The position numbers and the translations under genes were made by a program. The notes beneath the pieces were generated by a model that saw nothing but the letters and a program-made list of their open reading frames with translations, was not told the DNA's origin and did no database searches. DNA of 32,000 nucleotides from Nitrosopumilus maritimus SCM1 (GTDB lineage: Archaea > Thermoproteota > Nitrososphaeria > Nitrososphaerales > Nitrosopumilaceae): positions 1,560,001 to 1,592,000 of the forward strand of contig NC_010085.1 in assembly GCF_000018465.1 (NCBI RefSeq), given 5' to 3'. This document shows, in pieces, positions 15,422 through 23,187 of this stretch (position 1 is its first letter; each line of letters begins with the position of its first letter).

Positions 15422-16333
15422 ATGAAGGGAGTAGCATTTTGTCCTGCACACATTACAGGTTTCTTCAAGGCTCACTTGGAAAATAATCAGGAAAAATTAG
15501 AAAATCTAGGTTCAATGGGGGCAGGATTTTCAATAAGACAAGGTGTTACAACCAAAGTAACAATTGATAAAAAAAATAATCACGATTCAAATTTCAAAAT
15601 CATAACAAAAGGATATCAATCAGATAAAACAGATGTTTCAGAATTTGTATTAAATGAATTTCTAAAGATTGGAAACTTTGAAGATAAATTCTTTAACATT
15701 GAACATGAAATTTCAATTCCGGTTGGATATGGTTTAGGTTCTAGTAGTGCTGTTGCATTATCATTATCATTTGCGTTAGATCAAGCTCTTAATACAAAAT
15801 TAGACAAAAACACAATTGGACAAATTGCACATAATGCAGAAGTTAATTGTAAAACAGGATTAGGAGATGTTTTAGCATCATTTCATGGAGGATTTGAAGT
15901 TCGTGTAAAACCGGGAGCTCCAGGAATTGGAACAGTTGAAAAAATTTCTACAGATAAAATTTCAGTTATAATGATTTGTTTTTCTCCAATTTCAACTAAC
16001 AAATTCATCAAAGAAAGACTTTCTCAGATTAACGGACTGGGTGGAAAAATGGTTAACAGATTATTAGAATCAAAAGATTATCAACACTTTCAAGATATGT
16101 CACTAGAATTTGCAAAATATGTAGATGTAATGACACCTAGAATGCAGAAAATAGTAAATGAATTAACTCAAAATGATATCAAATGTGGAATTGCACTTTT
16201 TGGAGAAACAATTTTTTCAATGATTCCAAAAGAAGATGAAAGTAAAGTTTTAAAAATTTTAGAAAAATATTCTGATGGAGTAATAATTAATTCAGAATTA
16301 GACAATATTGGAGCAAGAGTTCTAAATAATTAA
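15422..16333 (+). CDS. pantoate kinase (archaeal GHMP-family kinase, COG1829-type)
   Basis: GHMP motif PVGYGLGSSSAVALS, N-terminal CPAHITGFF, and adjacency to phosphopantothenate synthetase. Confidence 0.7.
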   Translation: MKGVAFCPAHITGFFKAHLENNQEKLENLGSMGAGFSIRQGVTTKVTIDKKNNHDSNFKIITKGYQSDKTDVSEFVLNEFLKIGNFEDKFFNIEHEISIPVGYGLGSSSAVALSLSFALDQALNTKLDKNTIGQIAHNAEVNCKTGLGDVLASFHGGFEVRVKPGAPGIGTVEKISTDKISVIMICFSPISTNKFIKERLSQINGLGGKMVNRLLESKDYQHFQDMSLEFAKYVDVMTPRMQKIVNELTQNDIKCGIALFGETIFSMIPKEDESKVLKILEKYSDGVIINSELDNIGARVLNN

Positions 16334-16343
16334 TTGAAGTCTG

Positions 16344-17108
16344 ATGACATTAATTCCAAAGTCACATCCAAGGGCAAAGTCACTTTTAATTCGTGAAAAG
16401 TTAGTTAGTGGTTTTGACAATGGGTTAGTGGCAAAAGAGGGACTTTTGGCTCAAGGACGAGGAGAAGCATTTGACTATTTACTTGGAGAAAAAACAAACC
16501 AGGCTGCAAAACGTGCCATAAAGGCAGCAGCTGCACAGTTACTCCAGGCTCAAAAACCAGTTATCTCAGTTAATGGAAATGTTGCAGCCTTGTGTCCAAA
16601 GGAGATTATTAGATTATCAAAGCAGATCAAGGCAAAACTAGAGGTAAATCTATTCTATACAAATGAAAAGAGAAAACAAGCAATCATCAAAACTCTCAAA
16701 AAAAATGGAGTAAAAGAGATTCTAGGTACAAATTCAGCAAATTCAACAAAATTACCAGGAATTGATTCAGCACGAAGAATTGTAGATAAAGACGGAATTT
16801 TTGCAGCTGATGTTGTCGTTGTTCCTCTAGAAGATGGTGATAGAACTATGGCATTAAGAAATGCAGGAAAAACAGTCATAACATTTGATCTAAATCCACT
16901 TTCACGAACTTCACAAACTGCCAATATTACAATTGTAGATAATGTGACACGAGCAATAGAATTACTAATTTCTGAATCCAAAAAGCTAACAAAAAGAAAT
17001 GAAAAGAGTCTTGAAAAAATAATTTCAGATTTTGATAACAAGAAAAATCTAACTGAAAATGTAATTCAAATTAAAAATAATCTAACAAGGAGGGCAAGAG
17101 TTGCATAA
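16344..17108 (+). CDS. phosphopantothenate synthetase (archaeal, COG1701-type)
   Basis: HPRAKSLLIREKLVSGFDNGLVAKEGLLAQGRGEAFDYLLGEKT matches the family-typical N-terminal region. Confidence 0.8.
   Translation: MTLIPKSHPRAKSLLIREKLVSGFDNGLVAKEGLLAQGRGEAFDYLLGEKTNQAAKRAIKAAAAQLLQAQKPVISVNGNVAALCPKEIIRLSKQIKAKLEVNLFYTNEKRKQAIIKTLKKNGVKEILGTNSANSTKLPGIDSARRIVDKDGIFAADVVVVPLEDGDRTMALRNAGKTVITFDLNPLSRTSQTANITIVDNVTRAIELLISESKKLTKRNEKSLEKIISDFDNKKNLTENVIQIKNNLTRRARVA
17089..17093 (+). promoter_or_regulatory. Shine-Dalgarno GGAGG for panB
   Basis: GGAGG-GCAAGAG-TTG, a 7-nt spacer, supports the TTG at 17101 as the panB start. Confidence 0.45.
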
Positions 17109-17940
17109 ATCAGTACAAGATATTGTAAATATGAAAAAAGGAAAAAAGAAAGTTTCAGTAATTACAGGTTATGATTACACATTAGCATCACTGTGTGACA
17201 AGGCAGGCATTGATGTCTTGTTAGTTGGAGATAGTGCAGGAATGGTAATGCTTGGGTATGAGAATACAATTCCTGTAACAATGGATCAAATGTGTATGTT
17301 CACTGAGGCAGTTAGCAGAGCACGAAACAATGCATTACTAGTTGCAGATTTACCATTCATGTCATATCAAGCAAGTATAGAAGATGCGATAAACAACTCA
17401 GGTAAGTTAATCAAAGCAGGAGCTGATGCTGTAAAGTTAGAAGGTGGTTCAATTATGGCTGAAACAATTAGTGCAATTGTTGATGTTGGAATCCCTGTGA
17501 TGGGACATATTGGATTACAACCACAAACAACAATGCTTTCACAAGGTTACAAAGTACAAGGAAGAACAAAAGATTCTGCAATGCAGTTAATTCAAGATGC
17601 AAAGGAGCTTGAAGAAGCAGGAGTGTTCAGTATTGCATTAGAGATGGTAAGTCATGAAGTTGCACAAATAATTTCTGAAACTGTAAGTGCTCCTACAATT
17701 GGAATTGGTTCAGGAGTAAATTGTGATGGACAAGTACTAGTGGTTCAAGATTTGCTTGGAATGTACGATAAGATAAAACCAAAATTTGCAAAAAGATACA
17801 TGAATCTATCTGAAGACATTGTAAAATCCCTTGAAGACTACAAAAATGACGTAGAATCAAACACATTTCCTGCAGAAGAAAATTGGTTTTCAATGGATCC
17901 TGAAGAACTAAAAAAATTACGTGAGCAGATTGGCAGCTAA
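17101..17940 (+). CDS. panB: 3-methyl-2-oxobutanoate (ketopantoate) hydroxymethyltransferase
   Basis: ITGYDYTLASLCDKAGIDVLLVGDSAGMVMLGY and KLEGG motifs. Confidence 0.85.
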   Translation: MHKSVQDIVNMKKGKKKVSVITGYDYTLASLCDKAGIDVLLVGDSAGMVMLGYENTIPVTMDQMCMFTEAVSRARNNALLVADLPFMSYQASIEDAINNSGKLIKAGADAVKLEGGSIMAETISAIVDVGIPVMGHIGLQPQTTMLSQGYKVQGRTKDSAMQLIQDAKELEEAGVFSIALEMVSHEVAQIISETVSAPTIGIGSGVNCDGQVLVVQDLLGMYDKIKPKFAKRYMNLSEDIVKSLEDYKNDVESNTFPAEENWFSMDPEELKKLREQIGS

Positions 17941-19174
17941 AAAGAAAGTAAATGATCATCCATCATTGGATATTGTTTCATCACATGGTGTGGAACTAAC
18001 AGGCAAAAAAATTGTGTTATGTGTGGCTGGAAGTGTTGCAGCATACAAAGCAATAGAGCTTGCAAGACTGCTTATGAGACATGGAGCAGATGTGACATGT
18101 GTAGCAAGTGGGGCAGTAACAAAATTGATTCAGCCTGATTATTTCAAATGGGCTACAGGAAACGATGTAATTACAAAACTTACAGGCAAATTAGAGCACA
18201 TAAAATTGGCTGATTACAATCAATCAGACCTAGTAATTGTATATCCAGCTACTGCAAATACATTAGGAAAACTTGCAAATGGTATTGATGATACTCCAAT
18301 TTCAACAGTTCTAACTGTAGGATTTGGCTCTAAAATCCCAATTTTGATGTGCTTGGCAATGCACGAGTCAATGTATGACAATTCAGCTGTAAAAAAGAAC
18401 ATAGAGTTTCTAAAAAACAAAATTCAGTTCCTTTCTCCACAAATGATTGAAGGAAAAGCTAAAGCGCCAGAACCTGAAGATGTTTTAGACTTTGTTCTAA
18501 AGAAATTTGGTTTCTCATCTACATTACAAAATAAAAAAGTGCTAATGACTGCAGGGCCTACAATAGAATACATTGATCCAGTTAGAGTAATAACAAATCT
18601 TAGTTCAGGAAAAACAGGTGTGTTGTTAGCTTCAGAATTAATTTCAGCTGGAGCTAAAGTCACTTTAATTTATGGACCAGGAAATGAAGAACCACCAAAA
18701 GGTGCCAAGATAATCAACGTTACAACAAACAAAGAGATGTTAGATGCAACAAAAAAAGAACTAAAGAAAAAATATGACATTGTGATTATGGCAGCAGCTG
18801 CATCAGACTATACTCCTGAAAAACCAACAAAATCCAAAATAAAGAGTAACAAAAAAGCACTCACAATTAGGCTCAAAAAAGCACCAAAAATCATAGATCA
18901 GGTAAAAAAATCTCAAAAAAATACTATACTAGTAGGATTCAAGGCAGAAACCAATCTATCAAAATCTGCCCTTATCAAATCAGCTAAAACAAAACTAAAA
19001 GAATCTAATGCAGATATAATCATTGCAAATGATATTGGTACAAAATACCAAAAGAATCCAAACAACAATCAAATCATAATTGTTGATGAGAAAAACACTA
19101 TAACATCAGGATGGAAGAAAAAAGAGAAGATTGTAAAAATAATTAGAAAAGAGATTGAAAAGAAAATAAGATGA
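17921..19174 (+). CDS. coaBC: bifunctional phosphopantothenoylcysteine decarboxylase / synthetase
   Basis: The flavoprotein N-domain (KKIVLCVAGSVAAYKAIELARLL) is joined to a CoaB domain (MTAGPTIEYIDPVRVITNLSSGKTG). The start is uncertain (GTG at 17921 or in-frame TTG/GTG downstream). Confidence 0.85.
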   Translation: MSRLAAKKKVNDHPSLDIVSSHGVELTGKKIVLCVAGSVAAYKAIELARLLMRHGADVTCVASGAVTKLIQPDYFKWATGNDVITKLTGKLEHIKLADYNQSDLVIVYPATANTLGKLANGIDDTPISTVLTVGFGSKIPILMCLAMHESMYDNSAVKKNIEFLKNKIQFLSPQMIEGKAKAPEPEDVLDFVLKKFGFSSTLQNKKVLMTAGPTIEYIDPVRVITNLSSGKTGVLLASELISAGAKVTLIYGPGNEEPPKGAKIINVTTNKEMLDATKKELKKKYDIVIMAAAASDYTPEKPTKSKIKSNKKALTIRLKKAPKIIDQVKKSQKNTILVGFKAETNLSKSALIKSAKTKLKESNADIIIANDIGTKYQKNPNNNQIIIVDEKNTITSGWKKKEKIVKIIRKEIEKKIR

Positions 19175-19346
19175 AAAATTCAGAGTTACGAAAACTGATA
19201 TCACAGTACAAAGAAATTAAAAACAAACAAACAAACATACAGATAGTTTCAAGTTGGCAGAAAAATTAAAAGAAATAGAACATAGATATTTTCATGAGAC
19301 GGGAAGAACATTAAAATCAGATCTAAAAGAGTTTAAAGAAAATTGA
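19171..19346 (+). pseudogene. small helical-protein ORF split into two frames at an (AAAC)4 tract
   Basis: ORF A 19171-19269 (MKNSELRKLISQYKEIKNKQTNIQIVSSWQKN) has an ATG overlapping the coaBC TGA (ATGA). The +2 frame is open from 19221 to 19346 (...KHTDSFKLAEKLKEIEHRYFHETGRTLKSDLKEFKEN). One extra AAAC unit would fuse the two. Confidence 0.3.
19221..19236. repeat. (AAAC)4 tetranucleotide repeat
   Basis: Four perfect AAAC units read directly from the sequence. Confidence 0.95.
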
Positions 19347-20185
19347 AAGTCAAACCATTTGATTATAAAAAACGAAACATGGCAGTTTGGAATGAAGTTG
19401 CACCAAGATATCATAAAAGATGGGCAACAGCAAAAAGAGGACCATTTCAGAGTACAAAAAAACTAGTAGAGTTAATTGATGTCAAAAAAGGAGATCATAT
19501 TCTTGATGTTGCAAGTGGAACAGGTGTTGTTACAAAATTATTAAATCAAAAAGTAGGAAAATCAGGATTTGTAGTAGGTGCAGACACTGCAACTACTGCA
19601 ATCAAAGTTGCAAAAAAATGGAATAAAAAATCTCCTAATCTATTATTTGTAAATGCAGATGCTGAAAATTTCTCATTCAAAGAAAAATTTGACATTATTA
19701 CATGTCAGTATGCATTGTTTTTTTTCCCAAATGCCCAAAAGGCTCTAAAAAACATGAAAAATAGCCTCAAAGAATCAGGTAAGTTAGGATTATCCGTGCA
19801 TGGACATCCAGACAGAGTCCCATATTTTGATAGTATTTTTGAGGCAGTTACTCAGTTTATTCCAAATTACGTTCCACCTGGAACTCCTGATTTTGATAGA
19901 TTTGGAACCAAAAAAGCACTTAGAGATGAGATAAAAAAAGCAGGTTTTAGAAAAATCACAGTAAAGGATTACAACTTCCCATACAGTCCAGGTACTTTTG
20001 ATCAATACTGGAGTAATTATCTTAGATATGTAGCAAAGCCAATTAAAGAAAAACTAGATTTACTTGAAAGATCTCAACGAAAAGAACTCAAAGAGAGGGT
20101 AAAAGAAAACACAAAACCTTACACAAAAAAGAATGGAATAATTCAATTTCCTTGGGAAGTTTTAATTTTAACAGCAAAACACTAG
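19343..20185 (+). CDS. class I SAM-dependent methyltransferase (UbiE/COQ5-like)
   Basis: Motif I ILDVASGTGVV and post-I VVGADT. The track start is TTG 19343; the ATG at 19379 (MAVWNEV...) is the more likely start. Confidence 0.75.
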   Translation: MKVKPFDYKKRNMAVWNEVAPRYHKRWATAKRGPFQSTKKLVELIDVKKGDHILDVASGTGVVTKLLNQKVGKSGFVVGADTATTAIKVAKKWNKKSPNLLFVNADAENFSFKEKFDIITCQYALFFFPNAQKALKNMKNSLKESGKLGLSVHGHPDRVPYFDSIFEAVTQFIPNYVPPGTPDFDRFGTKKALRDEIKKAGFRKITVKDYNFPYSPGTFDQYWSNYLRYVAKPIKEKLDLLERSQRKELKERVKENTKPYTKKNGIIQFPWEVLILTAKH

Positions 20186-20199
20186 AAAAAGGAGAAAAA

Positions 20200-20682
20200 A
20201 TGGCCAAAGATAAGAAAAAAGATGAAGTAGAGAAACCAAAAAAATCAGGTTTACAGGCATTTCTTAAAAAAAGAGCACCGTTCTATCTTGCTGCCGTTGC
20301 ATTAATTGTAATTTCAGCTCAAAGTGTATTATCAGAGAAAAATTTTGAGAACAGTCTACCAGAATTTTCAGGAGAAGAACAAATAGCTGTAGACACTTTA
20401 TTGAACTATAATGCAGGAGTAGAATCCAAATTAACTGTAAAAGAAGTGATCAAAAATCAAATAGATGAAGAATATCCAGATGAAAAAATCTATGGACACA
20501 AGAAAACTGTTCTAGACTTGTCAGTTACAAATGTAAATTCAGATGAGTATAATGTTATTTTGAATTTCAAATCATACAAGGGAGATATGAATTTTGATTG
20601 GAATGTTAACGTAAATTCTCAAGAGATTACATCAAACAATCCAGATTCAAAGCATGTAATTGATGTAGTTACATTTTCCTAG
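20200..20682 (+). CDS. hypothetical N-terminally anchored extracytoplasmic protein
   Basis: ATG 20200 is preceded by GGAG 5 nt upstream. Basic N-terminus plus TM (APFYLAAVALIVISAQSVL). The track's TTG at 20152 overlaps the preceding gene and is less likely. Confidence 0.55.
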   Translation: MAKDKKKDEVEKPKKSGLQAFLKKRAPFYLAAVALIVISAQSVLSEKNFENSLPEFSGEEQIAVDTLLNYNAGVESKLTVKEVIKNQIDEEYPDEKIYGHKKTVLDLSVTNVNSDEYNVILNFKSYKGDMNFDWNVNVNSQEITSNNPDSKHVIDVVTFS

Positions 20683-20684
20683 GC

Positions 20685-21773
20685 TCAAATTGTGATTAAA
20701 TCTTTAGTGAATTTGTGCATAACAATAGGTCTTTCCTTTACAATCAAAGAATCTTCTATTCGTATTCCAAATTTATTTTCGATATAGATTCCAGGTTCTA
20801 CAGTAATTGCCATATTTTCTTTAAGTTTTGTGTCACTCCTGTATGAAACAGTAGGAAGTTCGTGAACTTCCAATCCAATTCCATGACCAGTTGAATGAAT
20901 AAAGTATTGTCCATAATTTTTATCATCAATGTATTTTCTGCATGCAAAATCAACATCCTTACAATTTGCATTTGGTTTTACAGCTTTTAATCCAAGTTTT
21001 TGAGATTCTTTAACAATTTCATATGCTTCTTTAGTTTGCGATGAAACATTTCCTATTGCAAATGTTCTTGTTGCATCAGAAACATATCCTTTGTATCTTA
21101 GTGTAAGATCAGTTACAACAAGATCACCTTTTTTGAACTTCCTTTGTGTTACTTGAGCATGAGGCAATGCACCATTGGGGCCTCCAGCGATAATTAGAGG
21201 ATTCAGAGTAGATTTGTATCCAGTATCAAACATTTGTTGCTCCATTGCATAAGTCATCAAAATTGTTTGTAATTCTGACTCTTTTTGGCCCACTTTGATC
21301 TTTTTTGAACAGGTTTCAAACATTTCATCAATGATTTTGGATGCTTTTTTGAGGATTTTGATCTCATTTTCGTCTTTGATTATACGAGCGTTGTAAAATG
21401 GTTCTGTAGAGGATTTTATTTTTGGAATAGATTTTTTCAAAGATGTCATTATAGAGTAATTTTGGCAATCAGTACAAACGCGATTTTTCTTTATTTTCTT
21501 TACAAGCGAAGTTACAAGACCAGTTCCACGTTCTGCTGTAATTACATCACAGTCTTCAGATTCATCTTTTGCTCTTCCAACCTCAAGTTCAGGTGCAATA
21601 ATGGTGGTTTTGCCATTTTTTTCTAACAGGCCTATTGCTTCGCCCCAAAACCCAGTCATGTAAAAGAGGTTTTCAGGCTCAAAAGTAACTAATGTATCAC
21701 AACCGATCTTTTGGGCGTGTTTTAGTAGATTTTTTCTACGTTGTTTCACACACAAAAAACACTTGTTTCTCAA
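20685..21773 (-). CDS. M24-family Xaa-Pro aminopeptidase/dipeptidase
   Basis: HSTGHGIGLEVHE and VEPGIY motifs. The start is uncertain (TTG 21773 or GTG 8 codons downstream). Confidence 0.85.
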   Translation of the reverse strand: MRNKCFLCVKQRRKNLLKHAQKIGCDTLVTFEPENLFYMTGFWGEAIGLLEKNGKTTIIAPELEVGRAKDESEDCDVITAERGTGLVTSLVKKIKKNRVCTDCQNYSIMTSLKKSIPKIKSSTEPFYNARIIKDENEIKILKKASKIIDEMFETCSKKIKVGQKESELQTILMTYAMEQQMFDTGYKSTLNPLIIAGGPNGALPHAQVTQRKFKKGDLVVTDLTLRYKGYVSDATRTFAIGNVSSQTKEAYEIVKESQKLGLKAVKPNANCKDVDFACRKYIDDKNYGQYFIHSTGHGIGLEVHELPTVSYRSDTKLKENMAITVEPGIYIENKFGIRIEDSLIVKERPIVMHKFTKDLITI

Positions 21774-21821
21774 TTTATGTATGATGCAAAGTTTGTATAT
21801 GGAAATTCAGCCTAGATCGCT

Positions 21822-22835
21822 GTGACTGAAGAAAAAGAGAAGAAAAAAGTTGTTGCATTATTGTCTGGAGGTCTAGACAGTCAGCTTGCTGTTAGAATGA
21901 TGCAAGAGCAAGGATTTGATGTCTCTGCAGTTGCAATAAAGACTCCATTTTGTGATTTTGATTGTGGAAGAGGTTGTGGATTTGAAATTAGAGAGAGAGC
22001 AGATGATCTTAATGTAAATTTGAAGACAGTATATCTTGGTGATGAATATATCGAGATGCTAAAAAATCCAAAACACGGAATCGGTGCTGGATTTAATCCA
22101 TGTATTGATTGCAGAGCTATGATGTTTGATGCTGCAAAAAAACACATGGAAGAGATCGGAGCAGAATTTATTGTATCAGGAGAAGTGTTAGGGCAACGCC
22201 CAATGAGTCAACATAGACCTGCATTAAGAACTATTGAAAAAGAATCAGATCTTGTAGGAAAAATTGTTAGACCATTATCTGCTGCATTGTTACCAGAAAC
22301 AATTCCTGAAAAAGAAGGATTGATCAAAAGAGAAAATCTTGGAATGATAAGAGGTAGAACAAGAAGGAACCAATTAGACATGGCAAAACAATATGGAATT
22401 GAAAACCCTCCCAATGCAGGAGGAGGTTGTTTGTTAACAGAACCACAATTTGGAATTAAAGCTAAAGATCTTTTTAATCATGTTGAAAATCCAACAATCA
22501 ACGATATTGATTTGTTAAAAATTGGAAGGCATTTCAGATTAGACGAAGAAACAAAATTTGTTGTTGGTAGAAACAAAGATGAAAATGAAATGATCAAAGC
22601 AATAGCATTACCAAATGATATTTTACTTGAAGCAAAAGATCATGTTGGACCAACATCAATTCTAAGAGGTAAAAATGCAAAAGATCATACAAAATTTGCA
22701 GCAGCTGTAACTCTAAGATATTCAGATGCTCCAAAAAACCAATCAGAAATTGTTTTGGTAAAAAATGGAGACGATAGTGAAGAAATTAGTGCTAAAAGCA
22801 TAGAAGAAGAAGATTACATAAAATTTAGAATTTAG
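21822..22835 (+). CDS. PP-loop ATP pyrophosphatase, ThiI/MnmA-like putative tRNA sulfurtransferase (GTG start)
   Basis: N-terminal PP-loop VVALLSGGLDS, plus NPCIDCR and GGGCLLTEP Cys motifs and an extra C-x3-C-x3-C (CDFDCGRGC). There is no N-terminal THUMP-length region. Confidence 0.7.
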   Translation: MTEEKEKKKVVALLSGGLDSQLAVRMMQEQGFDVSAVAIKTPFCDFDCGRGCGFEIRERADDLNVNLKTVYLGDEYIEMLKNPKHGIGAGFNPCIDCRAMMFDAAKKHMEEIGAEFIVSGEVLGQRPMSQHRPALRTIEKESDLVGKIVRPLSAALLPETIPEKEGLIKRENLGMIRGRTRRNQLDMAKQYGIENPPNAGGGCLLTEPQFGIKAKDLFNHVENPTINDIDLLKIGRHFRLDEETKFVVGRNKDENEMIKAIALPNDILLEAKDHVGPTSILRGKNAKDHTKFAAAVTLRYSDAPKNQSEIVLVKNGDDSEEISAKSIEEEDYIKFRI

Positions 22836-22908
22836 GCGTAAATTTTTTAAAAAATTAGTTAAAACTAAGGAAGAGTTTTTGAGGGAGTAGATCGCATTTT
22901 CAGTTAGA

Positions 22909-23187
22909 ATGCAAAAACAAGAAAATACGACATTTCTAAAGGCTATCACCATTAGAGATATCAGTGATGTACATTCGATTAAAGAAGATATCAAAAAAGA
23001 TATGATTTTGATTCTTAGAGTTACACCATTAGCACAAAAAGATGTAGATCAGCTTCGTAAAGTTGTTGAAGAATTGTATTCTATTGCAAAAACTGCTGGT
23101 GCAGATATTGCAAGATTGGGTGAAGAAAGAATTATTGTTGCACCAGCTAACATAAAGATCTGGAAACCAGAGTACGATCTAAAATAA
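22909..23187 (+). CDS. sepF: SepF-like (DUF552) protein
   Basis: 92 aa. ILILRVTPLAQKDVDQLRKVVEELYSIAKTAGADIARLGEERIIVAPANIKI fits the SepF core pattern as I recall it (by eye only). Confidence 0.55.
   Translation: MQKQENTTFLKAITIRDISDVHSIKEDIKKDMILILRVTPLAQKDVDQLRKVVEELYSIAKTAGADIARLGEERIIVAPANIKIWKPEYDLK

Noticed and set aside
16655-17041. 128-aa minus-strand ORF, the longest antisense ORF in the window.
   Set aside because: It lies entirely inside the well-supported phosphopantothenate synthetase gene. It has no start context (TATA or SD) and its sequence is Ser/Phe/Leu-rich, consistent with the mirror of a Lys/Glu-rich sense frame.
20152-20199. TTG-initiated N-terminal extension of the 176-aa track ORF. 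The same applies to TTG 19343 for the methyltransferase and TTG 25137 for fttA.
   Set aside because: The extensions overlap the preceding gene or lack SD or TATA support. Downstream ATGs (20200 with GGAG, 19379, 25119/25068) give more typical N-termini.
21787-21829. Possible C/D-box sRNA (AUGAUGC ... CUGA) in the gap before the PP-loop gene.
   Set aside because: The C box is imperfect, and no credible C'/D' pair with 12-nt guide spacing was found. The putative D box lies inside the first codons of the CDS (GTG ACT GAA).
22841-22856. AATTTTTTAAAAAATT palindrome, recurring as TTTTTTAAAAAA at 29394-29405: possible repeat-element termini.
   Set aside because: These are short, low-complexity A/T palindromes, expected by chance in an AT-rich genome. 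Their positions fit terminator T-tract or TATA roles, and there is no flanking shared sequence.
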